IMG/VR virus record: IMGVR_UViG_3300045988_092202
Length of the DNA stretch: 41,846 nucleotides
Source: a virus
Strand: one strand, 5' to 3'
Position 1 is the stretch's first letter; every line of letters starts with the position of its first letter. Positions 32,596-40,197 of this stretch are shown here, piece by piece. The notes below the pieces were generated by a model that saw only the letters and a program-made list of their open reading frames with translations, ran no database searches and was not told the DNA's origin. The translations under genes and the position numbers were made by a program.

Positions 32596-33289
32596 CTTCC
32601 GAACCTCCCTCCGGCTTGGCTTCTTTGTGCTGGTGTAAAAATACGATCTTGCTTCTGTATGGGTCTGCGTTTTCCCTGAGCCAGTCCATGGCGGCTTCCA
32701 GGCTCATGTGAGACGCTTTCACACGTTCCTCATAGGAGAACACCCCTTGTTCCGTTTTTGCCGCCACACGCCGCTCCATGTCCTCCTGGGTGTAGTTGGC
32801 TTCAATCATGTAAAGGTCAAGCCTCGGTGCGGCAATGGGAATGTGGTGGGTGTCCGTGGCGTACATGGCCGTCCCCGGTTCCTCGCCGCCGCTTACGTTT
32901 ACGATCCACCCGACGTTCGGCACATCGTGCAGCAAATGAAAAGAGGACATTGTAATGTCCGTCCCGGTCAGAAAATCGTGGGTCTTCCCCGGCTCATCCT
33001 CCGGCCGAACCAGAAGAATCTTGTCCAGCGGAACCCTGGCCTGGGTCACAAGCGGGGTTATCAGATTCGCCGCACACACAAACCGTAGAAGCGGCCTTGT
33101 CTGGTTCAGCTTTCGGATGGTCTTGATGTTGAAGTGATCTCCGTGAATGTGGGTCAGAAATACAAGCCGGATTCGGTTTGCGTAGGGCTTCAGCCGCTTC
33201 CAGGAAACACCGCAATCGAAGAGGAGGAAGCCGTTCAGCAGAACGGCGTTCCCCTCCTTCCCGGAGCTGGAAATGATCTCACAGTTCAT
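32528..33289 (-). CDS. MBL-fold metallo-hydrolase
   Basis: The LTHIHGDH motif plus downstream His/Asp ligands. Synteny with SSAP/SSB is typical of Firmicute phage recombination modules. Confidence 0.85.
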   Translation of the reverse strand: MNCEIISSSGKEGNAVLLNGFLLFDCGVSWKRLKPYANRIRLVFLTHIHGDHFNIKTIRKLNQTRPLLRFVCAANLITPLVTQARVPLDKILLVRPEDEPGKTHDFLTGTDITMSSFHLLHDVPNVGWIVNVSGGEEPGTAMYATDTHHIPIAAPRLDLYMIEANYTQEDMERRVAAKTEQGVFSYEERVKASHMSLEAAMDWLRENADPYRSKIVFLHQHKEAKPEGGSEVDSLDTDLQQPDTPPEDNQPCG

Positions 33290-34154
33290 CCACGCTCACC
33301 TGCTTGCCGGCCTTTTTCTTGGGAGCCGGAGTCGGGCTGTCCTCCGGTGTCGCCGGTTCCTCCGGCGTGTCCTCCGCCACCTTCGGCAGCTTGAAGTAGT
33401 CCTCCCGCTTTGCGGCTCCCTCCCGCAGGGCGTTGTAGATGCCAGCCAATGTCTGACCGTCCATTGCCGTGAACACATTCAGCGGGTATCCGAAATACTG
33501 CTCGATGGACGAAAGCGGCACGGAAAAGTTTTTCTGGAAACGGTCGGTCATCTCCCTCAGCCGGTCGATGAGAGGCCGCTGCTCGCCGCTTTGGAGCGTC
33601 TTGTTGCACCGCTCCACCGCAGCGTCAACTACGTCACCGGGGATAATGTTCAGGATGCAGGCTCGTTTCCGCCGTGCGCCCTGGTTGGCTACCAGCTCAT
33701 AAATGTCTCTGGGGTCGGTCAGTACCTTCATGCCGTTCTTCGTGGAAATCTGATGTTTCACCGTGAAGATTTTGCATTCACGGGTGTTGGTCTCGATGTC
33801 CCAGCAGTAGGCCATGCAGGTAGATTCTCCCTCCTGCTGGGAAAGCTCCACCACGCCGCTCTGGATGTTGCCCCAGCTCTGGGCGATTGCTTCCGCCAGT
33901 CGGATAGATGGCCCCGTAACGTTTGTGCCGCCCTTGGGGTAGGAGTAGGTCGCCTTTGCGGCAAGCCCCTTCCGCTCACAGGCTCGCATGATCCGGGACA
34001 TTGCGGCGTTCTCGTCCCTGGGAAACCGCTTCGCCATGAAGACCGCCGCCTGTACCTCCTGGGCTTCCCTGGTGGAGAGCATACTGCTTGTGGGGGCGGA
34101 AGCGGAAGCCGCGGCCATTTCCTGTGCCTGGTAAAGGCTCATTTCGTTACTCAT
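33279..34154 (-). CDS. Putative single-strand annealing protein (RecT/Red-beta-superfamily-like)
   Basis: Its position between the DUF1351 and MBL/SSB genes. Motifs GPSIRLAEAIAQSWGN and ARRKRACILNIIPGDVVD loosely resemble Bet-type proteins. No P-loop. Confidence 0.55.
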   Translation of the reverse strand: MSNEMSLYQAQEMAAASASAPTSSMLSTREAQEVQAAVFMAKRFPRDENAAMSRIMRACERKGLAAKATYSYPKGGTNVTGPSIRLAEAIAQSWGNIQSGVVELSQQEGESTCMAYCWDIETNTRECKIFTVKHQISTKNGMKVLTDPRDIYELVANQGARRKRACILNIIPGDVVDAAVERCNKTLQSGEQRPLIDRLREMTDRFQKNFSVPLSSIEQYFGYPLNVFTAMDGQTLAGIYNALREGAAKREDYFKLPKVAEDTPEEPATPEDSPTPAPKKKAGKQVSVDEL

Positions 34155-35058
34155 TGTCGTTGTCCTCCTTGATGTTTTCTAATGTAATGCCAAGGGAGAG
34201 AGCGTAGGCCTTCATGGCCTTCAGGGCGGCCAGAGTGCCCGTTGCCCGGAATGCGGTGGTGTAGGTCTCTTCCTTGGGTTTCAGCTCAGGAGCGGCCTCC
34301 AGGAGCTTAGCCATGGCCTCCTGCTTCTTCTGCTCGAAGTCCTTCTGCTGGCTGACATAGGCCTTTGCCGCTTCCTGCTCCTGCTTCCGCCGGGATACCG
34401 TCAGAACCGCCTCGGAGAGCACCGGATATTTCCGGTATTCCGCCATGACCTCTTCGGCGTTCTCCATGCCAACGATGGTGTCCATGTCCTGCCGGACGGC
34501 GGCAATGCACTGGTCGATCCGCTCCATGACCTTTGCCAGGTCTTTCCGTCTGGCCATTGCCATATCCACCACGATCCCGCACCGGGAGAAGGGAATGAAG
34601 TCAATGCCCTTTGCCTGGCAGGCTTCCGTGAAGTAGGCCTTCAGCGTATCCATGCAGGCAGCTTTCAGCTTGTCCTGGTAGCCGTCGATCCACCGCTTGA
34701 GCTTCTGATCCGCGGCGGTGTAGGGGGTTTTGATGTAGTCGTTGTATTTTTTCTCGGCGGCCTCGTAGGGAGCCATGACCATTTTCTTTGCGGTCTTCCG
34801 CTCCTGCTCCAGCCGGTCAAACTCCTTGGCAAGGTCTGCCCGGATGCCCTTCAGGTATTTCAGGCTTTCGTCGTTCACCGGAAGGCTGTCCATATCTGCC
34901 GTCAGGGTTTCGATGCTCACCCGGAATTTCGTCAGGTTCTCGGAGATCACCGGCGGTTGGGTGCATACGATAGCGGGCAGCTCTGTTTCCTGACAGTCGC
35001 ATTTCTCGCCGGGGTCTAACGCCGCCCCGCAGTCGGGGCACTGATTCAGATAGCTCAC
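34147..35058 (-). CDS. DUF1351-like protein with an N-terminal zinc ribbon
   Basis: CPDCG...CDC followed by the DUF1351-type architecture (ENLTKFRVSIETL...KGIRADLAKEFDRLEQERKTAKKMVMAPY...). Confidence 0.7.
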   Translation of the reverse strand: MSYLNQCPDCGAALDPGEKCDCQETELPAIVCTQPPVISENLTKFRVSIETLTADMDSLPVNDESLKYLKGIRADLAKEFDRLEQERKTAKKMVMAPYEAAEKKYNDYIKTPYTAADQKLKRWIDGYQDKLKAACMDTLKAYFTEACQAKGIDFIPFSRCGIVVDMAMARRKDLAKVMERIDQCIAAVRQDMDTIVGMENAEEVMAEYRKYPVLSEAVLTVSRRKQEQEAAKAYVSQQKDFEQKKQEAMAKLLEAAPELKPKEETYTTAFRATGTLAALKAMKAYALSLGITLENIKEDNDNE

Positions 35059-35264
35059 CAGACTTCCGCCTCCTCATTAAAAATTGTCATGCTCTCGATG
35101 CACCGGGGGCAGTAGTAATCCTTCCGGTCATCTGCCTCGATGCACAGAACCATAGGCTCAGCTATCGGACGCCCGCACCGGGCGCAATGGGGAAGCCGTG
35201 CCAGGTACTTATCCCAGGTGGATTCCCGCCGTTCTGCCTGGGTGTAAGGGGCGTTAAATTCCAT
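35055..35264 (-). CDS. Small zinc-ribbon protein (69 aa)
   Basis: CARCG...CPRC. ATG is at 35262-35264. Confidence 0.55.
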   Translation of the reverse strand: MEFNAPYTQAERRESTWDKYLARLPHCARCGRPIAEPMVLCIEADDRKDYYCPRCIESMTIFNEEAEVW

Positions 35265-35613
35265 CGATCTCACCCCATTCCAGCTTTTCCTGCGCCGCCC
35301 GTGCAATCCGGGCGAAGAAAACGTAATTTGGGATCTTGTCCCTCCAGGCCGAGAACGTTCCGTGCAGATAGCCGTCCAGCACCCTTTGGTTGCTGTTTTG
35401 GAAGGCGTAATGGATGCAGCTCCGGATTCTCCGTTCTACCGTAGGTGCGGTACAGCCGTGCTTGACGGCAAGGGTCTTGTAGATATGCTGGTGTTTGCCG
35501 TTCATCCAGGCCAGGATAGCGTCTTCCAGCATGGAAAAGCCCAGCAGGTGCTCTCCTGCGCCAATGTCCAGAAGAATGTCGGTGATCGCCTTTCTTGCTT
35601 TCTTTTCGTCCAT
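35254..35613 (-). CDS. Spo0A C-terminal-domain-like DNA-binding protein (no receiver domain)
   Basis: It aligns by eye to B. subtilis Spo0A_C: ITDILLDIGAGEHLLGFSMLEDAI with [24 protein letters not shown], and TAPTVERRIRSCIHYAF with TASRVERAIRHAIEVAW. Confidence 0.75.
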   Translation of the reverse strand: MDEKKARKAITDILLDIGAGEHLLGFSMLEDAILAWMNGKHQHIYKTLAVKHGCTAPTVERRIRSCIHYAFQNSNQRVLDGYLHGTFSAWRDKIPNYVFFARIARAAQEKLEWGEIDGI

Positions 35614-35616
35614 GGT

Positions 35617-36015
35617 TCAGTCCTCACTTTCGTTTTCAATCGGGTAGTACAGCCGGAAAATGTACGACGCCGGGAATACTGCACTGGCCACGCAAAAGGT
35701 AATTGCCGCCCACACCGGGAAGGGGCTGAAAGCGGCGAAGCACAGGATTGCCAGGCACACCAGAATGTACTGCTTGATGGCCTCGAAAGCCTTGTATTCC
35801 CGCTCCATGTCCTCCCGTGCGGCCTTGTCAGCCGCCACCCGCTCGGCGATCAGCTCTTCCCGGCTGATTGCCTGGGCGGCTCTGGCCGCCCGGTGGGCGT
35901 TGATGCCGGAGATCATTTCCACTTCGTAGGCTTCCAGTGCCCGGTCTGCCGCCTGAGCGGCCTTTTCCTTCTGGTGATATTCCAGGTTGCGTTTGAAAAT
36001 ATCCTGAGTGTCCAT
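35617..36015 (-). CDS. Membrane protein (helical N-terminus, two C-terminal TM segments)
   Basis: ILVCLAILCFAAFSPFPVWAAITFCVASAVF. Good coding continuity. Confidence 0.6.
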   Translation of the reverse strand: MDTQDIFKRNLEYHQKEKAAQAADRALEAYEVEMISGINAHRAARAAQAISREELIAERVAADKAAREDMEREYKAFEAIKQYILVCLAILCFAAFSPFPVWAAITFCVASAVFPASYIFRLYYPIENESED

Positions 36016-36028
36016 AAAAATCTCCCCT

Positions 36029-36298
36029 TCACAGCGGTTTCACGTCACAGTCGGCCACAGATTGCAGCAGACCGGTTCTGAGGCTGACATACCGGTCAAC
36101 GCCGAAAGTATCAGAGTTCGCCACCCGGAAAACCTTTTCGCCGAAATCTTCCTCCATCCGGTATGTGGGAAAAGAGTAGCCTGCGCTCCTGATCGTCATG
36201 ACTTTTCCCAGCCACTTGTCCATTTCCCCGAAACTGTTCATGAGAAAGGTTCGGTGGTCTACGATCCGCACCTTGTCCCCAACTTTGTACTTTGCCAT
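36029..36298 (-). CDS. Hypothetical protein (89 aa)
   Basis: ATG 36296-36298 follows AAAGGAGAATGCGAT. The product begins MAKYKVGDKVRIVDH... Confidence 0.6.
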   Translation of the reverse strand: MAKYKVGDKVRIVDHRTFLMNSFGEMDKWLGKVMTIRSAGYSFPTYRMEEDFGEKVFRVANSDTFGVDRYVSLRTGLLQSVADCDVKPL

Positions 36299-36312
36299 AT
36301 CGCATTCTCCTT

Positions 36313-36507
36313 TCATGCCTTCTCTTCCAGCCACTTTTCAAAGTCGGCCTTCATAATGATAAACGTTCTTCTTCCGGTCTTGCCGGTTCTGATCTCCTGC
36401 CCGAAGGGAAAGACCCTCTGGCTGATTCCGTCAGCCAGGGTCTTTTTCGACATGGAGATTCCGTGTCGGCGCAGCTCCTGCACCACGTCCTCAAGCGTCA
36501 TTCTCAT
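36313..36507 (-). CDS. Excisionase/MerR-like HTH protein (Xis- or Cro-like, 64 aa)
   Basis: MTLEDVVQELRRHGISMSKKTLADGI...FIIMKADFEKWLEE fits the Xis-type winged HTH pattern. Confidence 0.6.
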   Translation of the reverse strand: MRMTLEDVVQELRRHGISMSKKTLADGISQRVFPFGQEIRTGKTGRRTFIIMKADFEKWLEEKA

Positions 36508-36643
36508 TGTCCTTGCCTCCTTCCTCGCTGCTCTCCCGAACGCTCAGGCCGTGCTTGAAGCCGTCCAGGAATGCCTTTGCCCGCTCGTTGCCCTCAATGG
36601 CACGGGTCAGGTCTTCCACCTGCTTAGTGATTTCTTCTGACAT
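36491..36643 (-). CDS. Small acidic protein (50 aa), first ORF after the switch-region element
   Basis: Translated by hand: MSEEITKQVEDLTRAIEGNERAKAFLDGFKHGLSVRESSEEGGKDNENDA*. RBS is GGAGGTGACATGAA. Confidence 0.5.
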   Translation of the reverse strand: MSEEITKQVEDLTRAIEGNERAKAFLDGFKHGLSVRESSEEGGKDNENDA

Positions 36644-36675
36644 TTCATGTCACCTCCAAAAAGATAAATGTATTT

Positions 36676-36937
36676 GCGTCACGCGGATTTGCGCACAAAC
36701 GTTTCGGTTGAAATCGAAACGGGATTGTGTTAGATTGGGTTTGTCACAGAAATTCCGGTCGGAATGTGGCAATCAACGGTGAAAGGGGGTGGGGCGCTAT
36801 GACAGGGATCGCAGGTTCGCTCGCTGAATCTTTCGTTACAGCCCTCATGCCGTTTCACCGTACCTCCGTCTAGGGCTATGGCTACCAGTCCATAGCCGGA
36901 AACGGCTTCCTCATTTGTGCGCAAATCCGCGTGACGC
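36676..36937. repeat. 262-bp element bounded by perfect 24-bp inverted repeats (GCGTCACGCGGATTTGCGCACAAA at 36676-36699; its reverse complement at 36914-36937)
   Basis: The arms were verified base by base. The 214-nt interior contains nested hairpins: 36700-36721, 36752-36765, and 36849-36906, which encloses 36874-36897. Confidence 0.85.
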
Positions 36938-36946
36938 TGCCGGAAA

Positions 36947-37126
36947 TTACTCTATAAAGATTTCTATGCAGTATCTGTGTATCTCCTCGTCCGTTGGAAG
37001 CTTATAGCCCTTATCCTTCATGTATCTGAGCAGAGCCTTTGCAAGAATCTGCAATTTGACAATCACGATGATACATGCCCCAAACAAAGTTCCTAAAAAA
37101 ATTAACACTAGCTTTAACTTCAGCAT
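36947..37126 (-). CDS. Small membrane protein (59 aa)
   Basis: GGAGGTGAAGTTA-ATG. The product begins MLKLKLVLIFLGTLFGACIIVIVKL... Lies in a low-GC segment. Confidence 0.55.
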   Translation of the reverse strand: MLKLKLVLIFLGTLFGACIIVIVKLQILAKALLRYMKDKGYKLPTDEEIHRYCIEIFIE

Positions 37127-37162
37127 TAACTTCACCTCCATCTTATTGAAAGGGACTTTCTT

Positions 37163-37399
37163 ATGAGTACAAAAGAAACAACCTATCGGGTAAATTGTCC
37201 GATTACCGGCAGACCAGAAGATGTCTACATTCGCTCCACCATATGGGAGGAAGTGTTCGTCGCTTCCTTTACTGGCTGCAACGGCCAGTGGAGCAGTGCC
37301 CCGGAATGTGAAGCCTGCCGGAAAGCCGCTCAGGCTAGGTTTGCCGCAGAGCATCCAGGAGCCCCCGGATCACCGTCAATCCATTGGCACAGGCCTTGA
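37163..37399 (+). CDS. Small Cys-containing protein (78 aa)
   Basis: AAAGGGACTTTCTT-ATG. CP...GC...CEAC pattern. Its 3' end overlaps the convergent ORF 37335-37580. Confidence 0.45.
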   Translation: MSTKETTYRVNCPITGRPEDVYIRSTIWEEVFVASFTGCNGQWSSAPECEACRKAAQARFAAEHPGAPGSPSIHWHRP

Positions 37400-37580
37400 G
37401 AAATGCTTCCTGGTCAAGCTCTGCGTAATATTGGATTCGGCTCAGAGCGTCTTCCAGCATTCCCTTCTGCGTGAGCCAGCCCAGATCGTGCAGAATCCAT
37501 GTGGAAAAATCCAACGCCTCCAGGTCAATCTCTTCTACCGTGCTCTTTTCCATCGTCGGATAGAATAACTTTTTGTCCAT
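37335..37580 (-). CDS. Hypothetical protein (81 aa)
   Basis: GAGGTGAAGTTA-ATG, the same initiation region as the gene at 37126. Helical sequence. Confidence 0.5.
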   Translation of the reverse strand: MDKKLFYPTMEKSTVEEIDLEALDFSTWILHDLGWLTQKGMLEDALSRIQYYAELDQEAFLKACANGLTVIRGLLDALRQT

Positions 37581-37612
37581 TAACTTCACCTCATTTCTGA
37601 AAGGAGATTCTT

Positions 37613-37912
37613 ATGAAAAAACTATGGGAATTCATTGTAGGGATATCGGTCTATGTCTTTTTTGCCTTCTTGGTATGGTTCCTTTACAGGACGTTTATCG
37701 ATGAAGACAGAAGCCTTTCCATTGTAGTGTTCAGCTTGACCTGCCTGATACTGGTCTTGGATACCCTGAATGCTGCCGCCAGCAACATAAAAGGGAAGCC
37801 ATATAAGAGTGTCATCGGCGGTTTACTGGAAAACAAAGACCTGAACCCGTGGTGTCATGCGGCACTTGCCGCCGTGTTTGTCCTTGGATGGATAAAGCTT
37901 GCATTGCTTTAA
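37613..37912 (+). CDS. Membrane protein (3 predicted TM segments, 99 aa)
   Basis: GAAAGGAGATTCTT-ATG and three hydrophobic stretches. Confidence 0.7.
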   Translation: MKKLWEFIVGISVYVFFAFLVWFLYRTFIDEDRSLSIVVFSLTCLILVLDTLNAAASNIKGKPYKSVIGGLLENKDLNPWCHAALAAVFVLGWIKLALL

Positions 37913-37934
37913 CATAAGAAAGAGAGGGTTATTT

Positions 37935-38756
37935 ATGGAGTATCTGATTGATATGGGCGCATTCGCCATAGCATGGGTTGTTGGAAATCTGTTTTCTGCA
38001 TCAATTACAACAATTGGCTGCTGTCTGTTCTGTGGGTTACCAATTGCGCAGAAGCTAAAGCCATACAGCGATTGCATCTATGTGAAGAGTGTCAAAAGCG
38101 TCTACATAGGTTCGATTTTGCGGCATGCCGCAATCCTGGCCGCCGCTTCCTGGGCGGTAGTGACCTATGCACCGCCTATGATGCGTTATGGCTTTTTCTT
38201 TTCCTATGCGTTCACCGTGCTGATCGGATATCGTGCATGGGGCAGAAATGAGCAAAACATTTCAGATTGTGCCGCCTTGATTGAAAAGCATTTCGTCCGT
38301 GGAAAAGAAGAGGAAGCCAATGCCGCTCTCTTCAAAGTTGCTACCGCTGATGGTTTGGAGCGGGAAGCACTGAATAAGTATCTGGAAATCCTGTGTGCGC
38401 TTTTCCTGATTGCGGGAATAATTTATGCGGTGTATTGCAGCGTCCCCAAAAATCAGGAAGCTGATAAGGAAGCGGCCTACAATAGCGGATATGAGACCGG
38501 CTACGGCGAGGGCTATTCCACCGGCTTTGACGAGGGAAAAGCCGTTCAGCGGGAACGGGACACAATCGGTGATTGCTCGATCATTGATCTTGCGCGTGCC
38601 GTCAGGGAGTATTACGGAGTAACCCCGGCGGAAGCATACCAAATTGTAGAAGCCTATGAAAATGAGAAGAAACACGGCGGTTATTCAAAAGAGGACTACG
38701 AAAATGCTATCGGAGCCATTTGGTTCGCCGCTGGCGTGTTCCCAACCAATGATTGA
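37935..38756 (+). CDS. Membrane protein (about 4 TM segments) with a G-Y-rich motif and a soluble C-terminal domain (273 aa)
   Basis: ATG 37935 follows GAGAGGGTTATTT. Hydrophobic segments, then AAYNSGYETGYGEGYSTGFDEG. Confidence 0.7.
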   Translation: MEYLIDMGAFAIAWVVGNLFSASITTIGCCLFCGLPIAQKLKPYSDCIYVKSVKSVYIGSILRHAAILAAASWAVVTYAPPMMRYGFFFSYAFTVLIGYRAWGRNEQNISDCAALIEKHFVRGKEEEANAALFKVATADGLEREALNKYLEILCALFLIAGIIYAVYCSVPKNQEADKEAAYNSGYETGYGEGYSTGFDEGKAVQRERDTIGDCSIIDLARAVREYYGVTPAEAYQIVEAYENEKKHGGYSKEDYENAIGAIWFAAGVFPTND

Positions 38757-38789
38757 CTACGCGATTATATTAACTCTCTTTGCGATATT

Positions 38790-38854
38790 TGTCAACATTT
38801 ATTTTCGCATTTTTCAAAATAAATATTGACAATGCGAGTTTTCAGGAGTATCAT
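38790..38854 (+). promoter_or_regulatory. Repressor promoter TTGACA-17-TATCAT overlapped by a 16-bp inverted repeat (TGTCAACATTTATTTT / AAAATAAATATTGACA)
   Basis: -35 at 38826-38831 and -10 at 38849-38854. Inverted-repeat arms at 38790-38805 and 38816-38831, with one mismatch. Confidence 0.65.
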
Positions 38855-38880
38855 ATAGGTGTGCAAGGGAGGTGATGCAC

Positions 38881-39243
38881 ATGCAAGAACGTATTCGAGA
38901 TGTCCGTAGGCATAGCGGACTGACACAATCAGAATTCGGAGAACGAATCGGTGTCAAGGGGAATACAGTGACCGGCTATGAAACCGGTGTGAGAACCCCA
39001 TCCGATGCAATCATTGTTTCTATCTGCCGGGAGTTCAATGTCAACGAGCAGTGGCTCCGGACAGGTCAGGGGAATATGTTCCTTCCCAAGACACGGGCGC
39101 AGGAGATCGGCGAGATCGTCCGAAACGCCGCCACCCGTGACCCGGAGGAATCCGTGAAGTTCTTCACCGAACTGCTGGGCGATATGACGGATGCGGAAAT
39201 CGCCATCATGTATGAGGTATTCCGGCGGCACTTCCCAAAATGA
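38881..39243 (+). CDS. XRE-family HTH repressor (CI-like, 120 aa)
   Basis: IRDVRRHSGLTQSEFGERIGVKGNTVTGYETGVRTPSDAIIVSICREFNVNEQWL. GGGAGG lies 8 nt upstream of ATG 38881. Confidence 0.88.
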   Translation: MQERIRDVRRHSGLTQSEFGERIGVKGNTVTGYETGVRTPSDAIIVSICREFNVNEQWLRTGQGNMFLPKTRAQEIGEIVRNAATRDPEESVKFFTELLGDMTDAEIAIMYEVFRRHFPK

Positions 39244-39244
39244 G

Positions 39245-39282
39245 AAAACCGGGGACAGCCGTCAATGGCCATCCCCGGTTTT
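39245..39282. terminator. Bidirectional terminator
   Basis: AAAACCGGGGA-loop-TCCCCGGTTTT. Confidence 0.65.
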
Positions 39283-39284
39283 CT

Positions 39285-39383
39285 TCAGGATAGGATACCG
39301 TATATCAGGTCGATGATGACCTCGCTCAGGCTGCTGTCTTCCAGCCGCCGCCGTATCCATTCCAGCTTTTGCTCCCGCCCCAT
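39285..39383 (-). CDS. Candidate 32-aa micro-protein
   Basis: ATAAGGAGGATACAAA-ATG. Product: MGREQKLEWIRRRLEDSSLSEVIIDLIYGILS*. A perfect TATAAT lies upstream (revcomp of 39423-39428), and the ORF ends at the bidirectional terminator. Confidence 0.45.
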   Translation of the reverse strand: MGREQKLEWIRRRLEDSSLSEVIIDLIYGILS

Positions 39384-39654
39384 TTTGTATCCTCCTTATA
39401 TTCAAATATATGTTCTAATATCATTATACCCCTGTTGTGTCCAATAAAGCGGACTGTTTGACCCCGCCCTCCCCGGAATTGTCCGGCTCCCCAGTGCCAC
39501 TTGGAAAGCCGGACGTGCCGCCGGAAGTGCGGTGTCCCTGGCCGCTGAGAAAACCCTACCATAAATTCAGATTTTGGAAAACCCACAAACCGGGAAGCTT
39601 CTCCCTTATTTGGCAAGCTTTCCCGGCAAAACCAGTGAGAGAGGATGTGCAACC

Positions 39655-40197
39655 ATGATTTTACAAGACATTTCTGACCGATGTGACCATCTCCCCGCCG
39701 CCCTCCGGGAGGAGAAGGAACGTCAGCACTACACCTACCCCCAGATCGCCCAGGCTACCGGCGTGCCGGAGCACACCGTGGGCAAGTTCTTCTCCGGCTC
39801 CCTGTCCAATCCCAGCGTCTTTCATGTGGCTGCCTTCTGCATCCTCTTTCATGTAAGCCTGGATTTCCTGTTCGGTATCTCAAACCCCCAGACCGATTCC
39901 CAGCTGCGCCAGGAGTTGGCCGTAACCAAGATGGCACTTTCCAAGGCCGAGGAACAGGTCTCCATCTACCGCACAGGCATTCAGGAGCGTAAGCCCCTCA
40001 TCTATGGCCTGTGCGGTCTTTGTATATCCCTTTCCCTTACGCTGGCTGCCTATGTCCGGCTGGACGCTCTGGCTCCCTCCGTTGGTCTGATTCGCCAGGA
40101 CAGCGTTTCCCCGGTCATCGTCATCGGGGTCTTGGCGGCGGTCTGCGCCTGCCTGTATCTGGCCTATGCCATTGTGAAAAGGGGGCGGAGGAAATGA
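39655..40197 (+). CDS. Membrane-tethered XRE-type HTH protein (180 aa)
   Basis: HTH YTYPQIAQATGVPEHTVGKFFSG, a coiled segment and two C-terminal TM helices. ATGA coupling to the integrase gene. Confidence 0.75.
   Translation: MILQDISDRCDHLPAALREEKERQHYTYPQIAQATGVPEHTVGKFFSGSLSNPSVFHVAAFCILFHVSLDFLFGISNPQTDSQLRQELAVTKMALSKAEEQVSIYRTGIQERKPLIYGLCGLCISLSLTLAAYVRLDALAPSVGLIRQDSVSPVIVIGVLAAVCACLYLAYAIVKRGRRK

Noticed and set aside
36730-36924. 64-aa minus-strand ORF inside the IR-bounded element.
   Set aside because: There is no RBS and no credible start. The sequence lies within nested hairpins, and the composition is not protein-like.
36676-36937. Retron msr-msd or an IS200/605 omega-RNA-type element, given the flanking inverted repeats and internal hairpins.
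   Set aside because: No reverse transcriptase, TnpB/IscB or transposase gene exists anywhere in the 41.8-kb circle. I kept it as an unclassified IR-bounded element.
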